A DNA stretch of 63,730 nucleotides, counting the filler, from Thermodesulfobacteriota bacterium (lineage in GTDB: Bacteria > DASVDK01), in NCBI GenBank assembly GCA_036381125.1. It is 7 parts of 7 records of this genome, joined end to end, with 100 filler letters (N's around TTAATTAATTAA, not from the genome) between each part and the next. Parts side by side here need not be neighbours in the genome. Positions count along the whole stretch, not along the records: positions 47,018 to 54,001 come from DASVDK010000156.1; positions 54,102 to 58,830 come from DASVDK010000157.1; positions 58,931 to 61,478 come from DASVDK010000160.1; 4 more parts are not named here. One strand, 5' to 3'. Below are positions 49,132 through 59,375 of the stretch, in pieces (position 1 is the first letter of the stretch; every line of letters starts with the position of its first letter). The notes under the pieces are model-generated. The model ran no database searches, was not told the DNA's origin, and was given only the letters and a program-made list of their open reading frames with translations. A program made the position numbers and the translations under genes.

Positions 49132-50583
49132 CTACGGTGCACGCGGCCCCTCGCGCCAGACGAAGCCGCGCCGGCTCTGCTCCCCCCAGTCGTTCCGCCG
49201 CCGCAGGTAGTCGACGATCCCGAGGGTCCGCCAGACCGCCATGAGCTGGCGGTAGCAGACCGGCTCGAGGAGGCCGTAGCCGAGGATCCGGAGGAGGGCG
49301 CGCAGGCCCCGGTAGCGGTGGAAGGCCATCTCCTCGAGGAGCACCGAGGCGATCGAGAGGAAGACGCCGGTCAGGAAGGCGACCGCGAAGAAGAGCAGCA
49401 GGAAGTAGGCGTCCACCAGACCGGCCGCCGCCGCGACCGCCACCATCACGTATCCGGACAGCTCGACGGCCGGGCCGAGCATCTCGAAGAGCACGAAGTA
49501 GGGCATGGCGAACAGGCCGATCACGCCGTAGCGCGGGTTGGCGAACATCCGCCGGTGCGCCACCAGGCTCTCGATGAGCCCGCGTTGCCAGCGGTTGCGC
49601 TGCCGCTCGAGACCGGCCAGGGTCGTGGGGGCCTCCGTCCAGCAGATCGGGTCGGGGATGAAGACCATCCGATAGGGGATCCGCCGCTCGCGCAGCGTCC
49701 GGTGGATTCGCACGACCAGCTCCATGTCCTCGCCGACGGTGTCGGTACGGTACCCGCCCGCCGCGACGACGGCCGCCTTCCGGAAGAGCCCGAAGGCGCC
49801 GGAGATGATGAGGAGGCTCCGCAGCGCGCTCCACCCCATGCGGCCGGTGAGGAAGGTCCGCAGGTACTCGACGATCTGGAACATGGCGAGCGGCTCGCGC
49901 GGCAGCCCGACGCGCGCGACGCGGCCGTCGACGATGGTCGAGCCGTTGGCGATGCGGACGATGCCGCCGACGGCCATCATCTCGTCCGGGTGCTCGAGGA
50001 AGGGGGCCACGACCTTGAGGAGGGCGTCGTCCTCGAGGACGCTGTCGGCGTCGGTCGCGCAGAAGAGGGGGTAGCGCGACGCGTTGATGCCGGCGTTGAG
50101 GGCGTCGGCCTTGCCGCCGTTGGCCTTGTCCACCACCAGCAGGGAGACCGGGCCGGCCGCCTGGTAGACCGCCCGAACCGGCCGCGTGCGCAGCTCCCGG
50201 CGGCTCGTCAGGGGGACCGGCTTGAGGTCGAAGGCGGCGACGAGCCGTTCGAGCGTATCGTCGGTGGAGCCGTCGTTCACCACGATGACCTCGTACTCGG
50301 GGTACGAGAGCCGGGTGAGCGAGCGGACGCTCGCCACGATGTTGGGCGCCTCGTTGAAAGCCGGGACGATGACCGAGACCGGCGGCGTGAGGCGGGACTG
50401 GTAGAGCGCCAGGATGTCCCGGAAGCGGCGGCCGCGGATGTACGCGACCACCGTGCGCAGCGAGAGCGCCCACATGACGAGGTAGATGGCGTGGAGCGCC
50501 ACGAAGTAGACCAGGACCCCGTAGCTCCAGCCGGTCACGACGCGCTCGAGCAGGGCGGAGAGGTCGGACACGGAGCGGCTCAC
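49132..50583 (-). CDS. Processive GT2 glycosyltransferase (CESA/PgaC-like)
   Basis: VPAFNE, NDGSTD, GGKADALN, DAD, GED, QRNRW; flanking TMs. Confidence 0.93.
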   Translation of the reverse strand: MSRSVSDLSALLERVVTGWSYGVLVYFVALHAIYLVMWALSLRTVVAYIRGRRFRDILALYQSRLTPPVSVIVPAFNEAPNIVASVRSLTRLSYPEYEVIVVNDGSTDDTLERLVAAFDLKPVPLTSRRELRTRPVRAVYQAAGPVSLLVVDKANGGKADALNAGINASRYPLFCATDADSVLEDDALLKVVAPFLEHPDEMMAVGGIVRIANGSTIVDGRVARVGLPREPLAMFQIVEYLRTFLTGRMGWSALRSLLIISGAFGLFRKAAVVAAGGYRTDTVGEDMELVVRIHRTLRERRIPYRMVFIPDPICWTEAPTTLAGLERQRNRWQRGLIESLVAHRRMFANPRYGVIGLFAMPYFVLFEMLGPAVELSGYVMVAVAAAAGLVDAYFLLLFFAVAFLTGVFLSIASVLLEEMAFHRYRGLRALLRILGYGLLEPVCYRQLMAVWRTLGIVDYLRRRNDWGEQSRRGFVWREGPRAP

Positions 50584-51668
50584 TCGCCGGCCGCGGCGGC
50601 CCGCGGCAGCCCGGCCGAGGCGCCGAGGACCCGGAGCGCCGCCTGGCAGGCGAACGGATCGGGCGATCTCAGCGCCGCGGCGAGCCGCTGCCGCGCCCGG
50701 CGGTCGGCGTGGTACCCGAGCGTCTCGGCGGCGTTCAGCCGCACCCAGTAGGCCGAGTCGGAGAGGCGAAGAGCGAGGGCGTCGAGGGTGCCGGCGTCGA
50801 GCGGTGCCTCGAGCAGGGCGGCGGCCGCCTGGGCCCGCACGGGCCACGCCGGATCGTCGAGCGCCTGCCGCAGCACGCGAGCCGCGCCCGGCGCCCCGAG
50901 GCGGCCGAGGACGCGCGCCGCGCGGGCGCGAATGTCCGGGTCGCGGTGCGAGAGGAACGCCGCCACGGTGCCCGCGGCGTCGCGGTTGCCCGCCTCGGCC
51001 AGGCCGTCGAGCAGCAGGCGCAGTCGCCGCGGGTCGCCGCCGGCGTGGGTTGCCTCCTCGCGGAGCACGGCGGTCAGCGTGTCGGCCGCGGCGGGCCCGA
51101 GCGTCGTGAGGATGGCGGCCGCCTGGATGGCCGCCCAGCGCGAGGAGCCGGACAGCGAGGCGAGGAGCGGGCGGACGACGCGCGCGTCCCCGAGATCCGC
51201 CAGGGCCCGCGCCGCCACGAGGCGTACCTCCTCGTGCCGGTCGCGCAGGCGTTCGAGGAGCGGCTCCGCGGCGCGCGGCACGGCGAGGCGGCGCAGGCGG
51301 TCCGCCGCCGCCGCCCGGACCCACCATCGGCGCGAGCGCAGGGCGGCGAGGTCGCGGTCGACCCGGCCGACCGCCTCGAAGGCGCCCGTCACCACGGCGC
51401 GCGGCCCCGGCCCCAGGGCGCGGACCTCGTCGAGCAGCAGGCTGGCCACCGACTCGGGCGCGCCCGACCGGCGCCAGAAGGCGGCGAGGTCGTCGGGCGT
51501 GGTGTTCGGGTCGGCGAGCAGCGCGCGCACGGCGGGCAGGAGCGTCGCCCTGCGCTCGATGCCGCGCCGCTCGCGTGCCTCGCGCAGGCTCCGCAGGCCG
51601 AGGACGGTCGCGGCGAGGAGTGCGACCACGGCGGCGAGCAGCGAGGTGAGCCCGACGAGGCTTACCAC
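50580..51668 (-). CDS. Membrane-anchored HEAT-repeat protein
   Basis: N-terminal TM; repeated D...VR..AA..LG units. Confidence 0.88.
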   Translation of the reverse strand: MVSLVGLTSLLAAVVALLAATVLGLRSLREARERRGIERRATLLPAVRALLADPNTTPDDLAAFWRRSGAPESVASLLLDEVRALGPGPRAVVTGAFEAVGRVDRDLAALRSRRWWVRAAAADRLRRLAVPRAAEPLLERLRDRHEEVRLVAARALADLGDARVVRPLLASLSGSSRWAAIQAAAILTTLGPAAADTLTAVLREEATHAGGDPRRLRLLLDGLAEAGNRDAAGTVAAFLSHRDPDIRARAARVLGRLGAPGAARVLRQALDDPAWPVRAQAAAALLEAPLDAGTLDALALRLSDSAYWVRLNAAETLGYHADRRARQRLAAALRSPDPFACQAALRVLGASAGLPRAAAAGE

Positions 51669-53092
51669 GAGACGAACGTCCCGACGATGACGTTGGTCTG
51701 GTTGACCGCGCCGCCGGCCGTGTCGCGGCCGGAGTCCTGGTACTCCACGGCGAGCCGCAGCCCGAAGTGGGGCCCGAGCCTGAGCGTCGCGCCGCCCGCG
51801 TAGGTGTCGGTCGTGAGGCCCCGCAGTTGCGCGGCGGTGGCGAACGACTCGACGCCGCGGGCGTACGCGAAGAACGGCGACAGCCGTGCCTCGGGGAAGA
51901 ACGTCGTCCGCACGAGGATCGAGGAGGTGTCGTCCGTGCCGCCCGCGAGACCCGGGAAGGCGCCGATCGGGGGGATCGACTCGAAGTCGCTCGCGGAGTA
52001 GTAGTAGCGGACCAGCAGGACGACCGGCCAGGGGGCGTACCAGGCGATCGAGGGGGTGACGATGTGCACCCTGGTGCGCGGGTCGACGCCGGCAACCGTG
52101 CCGTCGTCGGCGAGGCGGACGTTCCGGTTGAAGTCGAGGTACCGGTAGCCGGCGCCGAGCACGGCGCTGCCGGCGCGGCCGAGGGAGAGGCCCTGCAGGA
52201 GCTCGATCTCCCCCTCGAAGGCCGGCAGCACGTCGGCATCCGGGCCGAGCGCCAGGTCGACGCGAAGCGTCGTGCGCGGCAGGAAGCGCCAGGCGGCCTC
52301 CGCGCCGATCTGGAGGTCGTCGGCGTCGACCTCGCTGTCGCCGAACTTGTCGGAGTAGGTGACCCGCCCGCCGAGCGTCAGGCGCTCGAACCCTCTGTAC
52401 GAGTAGCCGAGCGTGGCGGTGTTCGTGTCCGACGTCCCGAGCCGGCCCGCCTTGGCCGACGACAGCTCCTCGCGCCGGTACTCGAGGTCGAGCGTCGAGC
52501 TGGTCATGGCGGCGATCTCGGCGAGGGCCCGGGTCGCCTCCGGGTCGCCCGGCACGAGCGTGAGCGTCCGGGTGTAGGCGGCGCGCGCCTCGTCGCGCTT
52601 GCCGCGCCACTGGTTGAAGCGGCCGCGGCGACGCCACACCTCCGGGTCGTCGGGCGCCACCGCCTCGGCCTCCGCCACGCGCGCGAGCGCGGCGTCGTAC
52701 CGCCCCTGCCAGGCGAGCACGTCGGCCAGGCCGAGGAGCCCCTCGACCGACGGCCGCGGGGCGCGGGCGAGCCCTTCGCGGTAGGCGCGCTCGGCCTCGC
52801 CGTACTCCCCGAGCCAGGCCGACGTCCGCGCGTAGCCGAACAGCGCCTCGACGTCGCCCGGCGCGATCCGGAGGGCGCGCCGGTAGCGCTCGCGGGCCGA
52901 GGCGATGTCGCCTTGCCGGACGAGCCGCGCCGCCTCCGCCTTGAGGGCGTCCGCGTCCGGCGCGGGCGACGCCGGGCCTGGCGCCGCGGGCGGCTCGCCG
53001 GCGCCGGCCAACGGCACGGAGGCTGAGAGGACGGCGCATGCCAGCGCGAGCGTCGCGATCGCACGCCCGCCTCCGAAGCGAGGAAAGGGCAT
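51662..53092 (-). CDS. TPR plus YaiO-like outer-membrane beta-barrel
   Basis: Signal peptide, TPRs (LADVLAWQGRY), alternating beta strands, terminal W; AAGGAGG SD. Confidence 0.8.
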   Translation of the reverse strand: MPFPRFGGGRAIATLALACAVLSASVPLAGAGEPPAAPGPASPAPDADALKAEAARLVRQGDIASARERYRRALRIAPGDVEALFGYARTSAWLGEYGEAERAYREGLARAPRPSVEGLLGLADVLAWQGRYDAALARVAEAEAVAPDDPEVWRRRGRFNQWRGKRDEARAAYTRTLTLVPGDPEATRALAEIAAMTSSTLDLEYRREELSSAKAGRLGTSDTNTATLGYSYRGFERLTLGGRVTYSDKFGDSEVDADDLQIGAEAAWRFLPRTTLRVDLALGPDADVLPAFEGEIELLQGLSLGRAGSAVLGAGYRYLDFNRNVRLADDGTVAGVDPRTRVHIVTPSIAWYAPWPVVLLVRYYYSASDFESIPPIGAFPGLAGGTDDTSSILVRTTFFPEARLSPFFAYARGVESFATAAQLRGLTTDTYAGGATLRLGPHFGLRLAVEYQDSGRDTAGGAVNQTNVIVGTFVSW

Positions 53093-53117
53093 GGCACCTC
53101 CTTGGCAACCGGAGAAG

Positions 53118-53133
53118 TGCAAGTCCCGTACCC
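53118..53133 (-). promoter_or_regulatory. Sigma-54 promoter candidate
   Basis: GGGTACGGGACTTGCA: GG-N10-GC with perfect TTGCA. Confidence 0.6.
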
Positions 53134-53213
53134 CGCGGCCGACCTCTCCCTCCATCGGCCAACGCCTGCAGGGAGAGCGATCGGCGGAGCGGCGGATGAT
53201 AGAATCGTCGGCC

Positions 53214-54001
53214 ATGCGCGGTGCCGAGGCGGCCCTGGACCGGTATCTGACCCACCTGACCGTGGAGCGCGGCCTCGCCCGGCACACCCTCGAGGCGTAC
53301 AGCCGGGACCTCCTCTCGTTCCTCGACGCGGCGGCCGCCGCGCGGGGGTGCAAGGAACCGCCGCCACCCTCGGACCTCGACCGGACCGACGTGCTCGCCT
53401 TCCTGAAGGCGCAGTCGGCTCGCGGGCTGTCGGCCCGCAGCGTGGCCCGCCAGATGTCGGCGGTCCGCGGGTTCGTGGCCTTCCTCCGCCGGGAGGGGAC
53501 GCTCGGGATCGATCCCACCGCCGACCTGGCGCCGCCGCGGCAGGGCCGGACGCTGCCGCGCAGCCTCACGGCGGCCGAGGTGCGCCGGCTCCTCGAGGCG
53601 CCGAGCGGCGACGACCCCATCGCCCTGCGCGACCGCGCGATGCTCGAGCTGCTCTACGCGTCCGGCCTGCGGGTCTCCGAGCTGGTGGCGCTGCCGATCC
53701 TGCGCGTCGACCTGGCGCACCGGATCGTCCGGCCCCTCGGCAAGGGGAGCAAGGAGCGTCTCGTACCCTTCGGTCGCTCCGCCGAGGCGGCGCTCCGCGC
53801 CTACCTCGACCGCGGCCGGCCGGCCCTCCTCGCGCGGGCCAGGCCTCGCCGCAGGCGGCGCGCCCCGGCGGTGGTGGGCGGCGAGGCGGCCGGCCGGCGC
53901 CGCGTGCCGCGCCCCCGCCCGGAGACGCTCTGCTTCCTCGGCCGCGGCGGCCAGGGTCTCTCCCGCCAGGCCGCGTGGGCGATCATCCGCGGCCATGCGC
54001 G
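53214..54001 (+). CDS. xerD: Tyrosine recombinase XerD (3' truncated)
   Basis: VERGLARHTLEAYSRDL, RDRAMLELLYASGLRVSEL, GKGSKERLVP, LSRQ. Confidence 0.92.
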
Positions 54002-54101
54002 NNNNNNNNNNNNNNNNNNNNNNNNNNNNNNNNNNNNNNNNNNNNTTAATTAATTAANNNNNNNNNNNNNNNNNNNNNNNNNNNNNNNNNNNNNNNNNNN
54101 N

Positions 54102-55212
54102 GCGGCGCCTTCGCCATGTTCGGGGGGCGGACGTCGTTCGACCTCGGCGGCTACGCCGGCACGCCCATCGAGCCGCTCCTGCCGGTGACGCTCGCGGCGC
54201 CGGGCGGCGACCGCTACGACCCCGCGCCGAGGCCGGTGGCGCTCACCGAGGCCGGCCGGCGCCACCCGCTCATGCAGGTGGCCGCGTCGGGCGAGCGGAA
54301 CGAGGCGATCTGGCGCGCGATGCCGGCCCTCGACGGCGTGAACGTCCTCGGCCGCCCGAAGCCCGACGCGGTCGTCCTCGCCACCGCGCCGCGCGACGGC
54401 GGCGGGGGGACGCCGCTCATCGCCGTCGGGCGTCACGGCAAGGGTCGGACGCTCGCCTTCGCGAGCGACGCGTTCTGGCGCTGGAACTTCGAGAGCGTGG
54501 GCCGAGGCCAGGCGAACCGGCACTACCTGCGCTTCGTGAGCCAGATGGTCCGCTGGCTGATCGACGACCCGCTCTTCGCGCCGCTCTCCGTCTGGCTGGA
54601 CAAGGAGGTCTACCAGCCGGGGGACGAGGCGAGGGTCGTCGTCCGGGCGCTCAACGACGACTTCAGCCCCGCGCCCGACGCCAACGTGACGCTGCGCGTC
54701 ACCGGACCGGGCGGCGCCTCCCAGGCGGTGAGCGTGCGGCCGGGCGACCATCCCGGCGAGTTCGTGGCGTCGGTCAAGCCTGGCGAGGTCGGGCTCTACA
54801 CCGTGCGGGCCGAAGCGCGCACCGGCCGCCGCGGCGCCGCGGCGGGCGGCGAGGGGCGGGGAGGCGGCGACGCCCAGCTCGGCGCGGGCGCCGGGGCGGC
54901 CACCGCCCGGCCGCCGGCCCGCGCCGAGGCGAGCTTCCGGCTCGCCCCGTCTCGCTCGAGTTCGAGGACGCGGCGCCCGGCGAGGGCTACCTCGCGGAGG
55001 TCGCGAAGGTCAGCGGGGGGCGGTTCTTCTCGCTCGCCGAGGCGCGGCGCCTCTCCGCCGCGGACCTCGTCGCGGCCTTTCCCCAGCGGGCCGAGTACCG
55101 GGTGAGCGAGGAGCGGCGGACGCCGCTCTGGCAGACCTGGGCCGTCTTCGCCCTGATCGTGACGCTCCTCGCGACCGAGTGGACCTTCAGGCGGCGGTGG
55201 GGGCTCGCATGA
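54102..55212 (+). CDS. GATase1-like membrane protein, 3' part, with apparent frameshift near 54945
   Basis: GGYAGTPIE.LLPV, GKGR..D.FWRW; C-terminus LAEVAKVSGGRF..PLW..EWTFRRRWGLA* lies in another frame. Confidence 0.75.
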
Positions 55213-55487
55213 GGTTGGCAAGGCCGAACCTGATTCGGCATCAGGTCTCGCCGCCGGCATGTCGGGTTTGCGCGTCCGCCGCCGGTTCGTCCCGGAGCGC
55301 GTGAACACGTAACCGCCTGTCCCGTACGACGACACCCGCGTCGCGTCCTTCGCCCGCCCCGGAGTCGACGACTCCGGCCGATCACGGAGGCGATCACCGG
55401 CAGAGGGCTACGAGGCTTTCGCTCGCTCGACGGGATGACCTGGTCGCACTGGCTCCCCGCAGGCTGCCGTGCTAGGCTCCCCGCGCC

Positions 55488-56117
55488 ATGACCACGACCC
55501 CCACGGACGCGGTACCGGCCGGCCAGCGGTCGCCCCTTCGCCGGCTCTACCGGTGGACGGAGCAGTGGGCCGATTCGGCCTACGGCACCTGGGCCCTGGC
55601 GGCGCTGGCGTTCGTCGAGTCGTCGTTCTTCCCCATTCCCCCCGACGTCCTCCTCATCGCGCTCTCCGTGGCGATGCCGCGTCGTGCCCTGTGGTACGCG
55701 TTCGTCTGCTCGGTCGCGTCGGTACTGGGCGGAGTCGCCGGCTGGTGGATCGGCCTCGAGGCGTACGACCTCGTCGGCCGCCGGATCATCGAGACGCTCG
55801 GCTACGAGCGCGAGTTCGGGCTGGTCAGGGGCTACTACCAGGGGAACGCCTTCCTCGCGATCCTCGCGGCCGCCTTCACGCCGATCCCGTACAAGGTCTT
55901 CACGATCGCCGCGGGCGTCTTCGAGGTGCCGCTCCCGACGCTCGTGGCGGCGTCGGTCCTCGGCCGGTCCGGCCGGTTCTTCCTCGTGGGCGGGGCGATC
56001 CGCCTCTTCGGCCCCACGGTCAAACGGTGGCTCGATCGGTACCTCGAGGTCGCGACGGTCGCCCTCCTGGTCCTCGTGGTGCTCGGCGTCCTCGCCGTCA
56101 GGTGGTTCGCACCCTGA
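55488..56117 (+). CDS. YqaA/DedA-family membrane protein
   Basis: FVESSFFPIPPDVLL, FTPIPYKVFTIAAG, RFFL. Confidence 0.93.
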   Translation: MTTTPTDAVPAGQRSPLRRLYRWTEQWADSAYGTWALAALAFVESSFFPIPPDVLLIALSVAMPRRALWYAFVCSVASVLGGVAGWWIGLEAYDLVGRRIIETLGYEREFGLVRGYYQGNAFLAILAAAFTPIPYKVFTIAAGVFEVPLPTLVAASVLGRSGRFFLVGGAIRLFGPTVKRWLDRYLEVATVALLVLVVLGVLAVRWFAP

Positions 56118-56232
56118 TCGTGCCGTTCGCGCGCGACCGATCGGCTCGCGCGACCCGGTTCGAGCCGGTCGTCCCCGAGGGGCGACCGACGGCCGGTGGC
56201 GCCGCCTCCCCGCGGGCCGCTAGTATGCACCC

Positions 56233-57282
56233 ATGCGGATGGACGCGACCCTCCTGAACGGCCAGACCGGCGACGCGGGGCTCCTCGTCCGCGTGGAGGG
56301 GCGCAAGGGGCTCCTGCAGTTCGACTGCGGGGAGAACCGGCACCTGCCGCACGCCGACGTCGTGGCGGTCACCGACCTCTTCCTCTCCCACGCCCACATC
56401 GACCACGTCATCGGTTTCGACCACCTCATGCGGACGAACCTGCCGGTGGACAAGACGATCCGGGTCTTCGGCCCGCCCGGCATCACCGAGGTGCTCGCGA
56501 GCCGGCTCGCCGGCTACACCTGGAACAAGGTGGGCACGCTGCCGCTCGTCTTCGAGGTCGAGGAGCCGATCGTCGAGGGGGGGCCGGCGAAGCCGGACAG
56601 CGCGCGGTGGGCCGACGACGCGTGGCTCGACGCCATCGAGCGGTCCGCGGCGCGCCGGGTGACGCGCTTCCACTGCATGCGGCAGTTCGTCCCGGAGCCG
56701 CAGCCCGCGCGGCCGGCGCGCCCGGGCCTCGCGCTCGAGGAGGCGGGGTTCGAGGTGCGCTTCGCCCCGCTCACGCACGGCATCGTCTCGCTCGCCTACG
56801 CGGCGGTCATCCCGCCGCGCAGCCGCGTCGTCGCCGAGGTGCTCGCCCGGCAGGATCGGCCGCCCGGCGCCTGGGTGCGACACCTCAAGGCGCAGGCCGA
56901 CCGGCGCCTCGCCCGCGGCGAGGGGCTCCCGCCGGACGCGCCGGACGGGCTCCTCGACGTGATCGAGGGGGAGCGGATCGCCTACGCGACCGACTTCCGG
57001 TTCGCCGAGTCGAACGTCCGGCGCGTCCTCGACCTCGCGCGCGACGCCGACCTCTTCTTCTGCGAGTCGGTCTTCCTCCACGAGCACGCCGAGACGGCCG
57101 ACGTCGCGCACCACCTGACGGCGCGACAGGCCGGCGCGCTCGCGGCCCGCGCGGGGGCGCGCCGCTTCGTCCCGTTCCACTTCTCGCGGCGCTACCAGGA
57201 CGACTACGGGCGGGTGGCGGCCGAGGCGGAGGCCGCCTTCCTGGCCGAGCGGGCCCCGAGCGAGGCGCGGACCTCCCCGTAG
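56233..57282 (+). CDS. Metallo-beta-lactamase-fold hydrolase, RNase Z-like
   Basis: FDCG, SHAHIDH, FGPPG, YATD, HLTA, FHFSRRY. Confidence 0.88.
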   Translation: MRMDATLLNGQTGDAGLLVRVEGRKGLLQFDCGENRHLPHADVVAVTDLFLSHAHIDHVIGFDHLMRTNLPVDKTIRVFGPPGITEVLASRLAGYTWNKVGTLPLVFEVEEPIVEGGPAKPDSARWADDAWLDAIERSAARRVTRFHCMRQFVPEPQPARPARPGLALEEAGFEVRFAPLTHGIVSLAYAAVIPPRSRVVAEVLARQDRPPGAWVRHLKAQADRRLARGEGLPPDAPDGLLDVIEGERIAYATDFRFAESNVRRVLDLARDADLFFCESVFLHEHAETADVAHHLTARQAGALAARAGARRFVPFHFSRRYQDDYGRVAAEAEAAFLAERAPSEARTSP

Positions 57283-57292
57283 GGCCGAGCCG

Positions 57293-58522
57293 TCAGGCCC
57301 GCCCCGCCAGCTCCACCGCCGCCAGCAGGAGCGTGTTCGCGCCGGGCTCGATGTCGTCCATCGGCGTGAACTCCTCCTCGCAGTGGCTGAGGCCCCCGCG
57401 GGAGGGGACGAAGATCATGCCGGTCGGGCCGATGGATGCCATGTACTGCGCGTCGTGGCCGGCGCCGGAGAGCATCCGCCGGTAGCGGCCGCGGGCCACC
57501 GCCTGCGCGCCCCGCTCGACGGCCGCGACCACGTCGGCGGCGAAGTCCGTCCGGGGCACTCGCCAGTAGTGGTCCACCTCCGCCCGCACGCCTTCGCGGG
57601 CCGAGGCCTCCCGCACGATCTCGTCGATGCGCGGCAGGGCGCGGTCGATGGCGGCGTCCTCGGGGTGGCGGACGTCGATCGAGAAGCGGACCTCGCCGGG
57701 GATGGCGTTGGTGATGTTCGGGCGCACGTCGAGCGAGCCGATCGTCGTCACGCAGCCGCCGCCGATCTCTCCGGCGAGCCGCCGCACCCCGGCGATGATC
57801 TCGGCCGCCGCGACCAGGGCGTCCTTGCGCCGGTTCATGGGGGTCGGCCCGGCGTGCGCCTGCACGCCCCGCAGCGTCACGCGCGACCAGGAGATCGCGA
57901 CGATCCCCTCGACCACGCCCACCGACTCCCCGGCTTCCTCGAGGACCGGCCCCTGCTCGATGTGCAGCTCGAGGTAGGCGCGCATCGGCTTCGGCGCGCA
58001 CGGCTCCGGGCCGGTGTAGCCGATCGCCTCGAGGGCGTCGAGGAGGCGGATGCCGTCCTTGTCCCGGACGTTGTAGGCGTACTGGAGGTCGATCTTCCCC
58101 GCCATGACCCCCGAGGCGATCATGGCCGGCTGGAAGCGCGCGCCCTCCTCGTTCGTGAAGACGACGAGCGTGACCGGGTGCTTCGTGGCGACCTTGTGGT
58201 CGTTGAGCGAGCGGAGCACCTCGAGGCCGCAGAGGACGCCGAGCTGGCCGTCGTACTTGCCGCCGGTCGGCACCGAGTCGATGTGGGAGCCGATCATGAC
58301 GGCCCGCGGCTCGCCCGGCGCCCCCGGCCGCTCGCCGAAGATGTTCCCCATCTGGTCGACCGTGACGCGGCAGCCGGCCTCGCGCATCCACGCCACCATC
58401 CGGTCGCGGGCGAGCCGGTCCTCCTCGGTGAGGGCGACGCGCGTGAGACCGCCGTTCGGCGTGCCGCCGATGGCGCCGAGCTCGTGAATGGTCGACTCGA
58501 GTCGATCGCGATTGATTCGCAT
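57293..58522 (-). CDS. M20 Zn-dependent N-carbamoyl-amino-acid/allantoate amidohydrolase
   Basis: GSHIDSVPTGGKYDG, NEEGARF, ELHIEQGP, HAGPTPM, SGAGHDA, SH..EE. Confidence 0.94.
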   Translation of the reverse strand: MRINRDRLESTIHELGAIGGTPNGGLTRVALTEEDRLARDRMVAWMREAGCRVTVDQMGNIFGERPGAPGEPRAVMIGSHIDSVPTGGKYDGQLGVLCGLEVLRSLNDHKVATKHPVTLVVFTNEEGARFQPAMIASGVMAGKIDLQYAYNVRDKDGIRLLDALEAIGYTGPEPCAPKPMRAYLELHIEQGPVLEEAGESVGVVEGIVAISWSRVTLRGVQAHAGPTPMNRRKDALVAAAEIIAGVRRLAGEIGGGCVTTIGSLDVRPNITNAIPGEVRFSIDVRHPEDAAIDRALPRIDEIVREASAREGVRAEVDHYWRVPRTDFAADVVAAVERGAQAVARGRYRRMLSGAGHDAQYMASIGPTGMIFVPSRGGLSHCEEEFTPMDDIEPGANTLLLAAVELAGRA

Positions 58523-58580
58523 GGCTCCCTTTCCCGGTTGTACCCGGCGGCCCGCGAAGCGAAGCCGCCCGTCAACACGA

Positions 58581-58772
58581 CTATCGTACCTTGAGCCGGT
58601 CCCGGAGCCCATCGCCGATCAGGTTCACGGAGAGCACCGTGAGGGCGAGGAAGAGGCCCGGGAAGAGGACGATCCAGAAGGCGAGCTGCACGTAGGCCCG
58701 CCCCTCGGCCATGATGTTGCCCCACGACGGGATGACCGGCGGCGTCCCGGCGCCGAGGAACGACCGGCCGCC
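58581..58772 (-). pseudogene. DppC-type permease C-terminal fragment joined to unrelated sequence
   Basis: SFLGAG..PSWGNIMAEGR..NLIGDGLRD; upstream reads out of frame as KSATYRGRPDGTIFYEWDEAA. Confidence 0.7.
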
Positions 58773-58930
58773 TCGTCCCACTCGTAGAAGATCGTCCCGT
58801 CGGGCCGGCCGCGGTAGGTCGCCGACTTGANNNNNNNNNNNNNNNNNNNNNNNNNNNNNNNNNNNNNNNNNNNNTTAATTAATTAANNNNNNNNNNNNNN
58901 NNNNNNNNNNNNNNNNNNNNNNNNNNNNNN

Positions 58931-59375
58931 GCGCCTGCAGGAGGTCCTTCGCCAGCGGCGAGACGTTGACGGTGTGATACCCGAGCCGCTTGAGCGCCAT
59001 CAACTCCCGCGCGTGCCGCACCTGCATGCAGAACACGCCGTCGAGGCCGTCGAGGAGGATGCGCGCCCACTCGGGCACCCCCGACAGGGTGCCCCGATGC
59101 GTGCGGAACCACGCGAGCGCCGCCTCGGCGTGCGCCGCCTGGTCCTCCCATTCAGCTTCGCTGAAGCCCCGCGACTCCCACGGGGCGCCTTGGCGGAGGA
59201 CTCGCGCCATCCGGACGCCTCCCTCATGCACCTTCGTGATCGCGTCGCCCACGAACGCGACCCACGGCTGTCGCTCCGGACACCGGGGCCACCAGTAGCC
59301 CCACCACTGCTGCCAGTCGAGCCCCTTGGTCAGCGCGCCTTCACGGGGCATGGCGCACGTCTGGCCGCGAGCCAT
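58931..59375 (-). CDS. Phage hypothetical protein (3' truncated)
   Basis: Trp-rich open frame downstream of the portal; no recognised family. Confidence 0.55.

Noticed and set aside
49132-52239. 1035-aa fusion ending in GT2, and similar 975-aa EamA, 604-aa binding-protein and 601-aa Grx ORFs
   Set aside because: Upstream parts overlap real genes in other frames; true starts are internal
53214-54001. Tyrosine recombinase as a phage integrase
   Set aside because: Motifs are those of chromosomal XerD
55213-55487. Overlapping hairpins GCCGAACCTGATTCGGCATCAGGT and a possible gene remnant
   Set aside because: Short single-copy stems; no convincing reading frame
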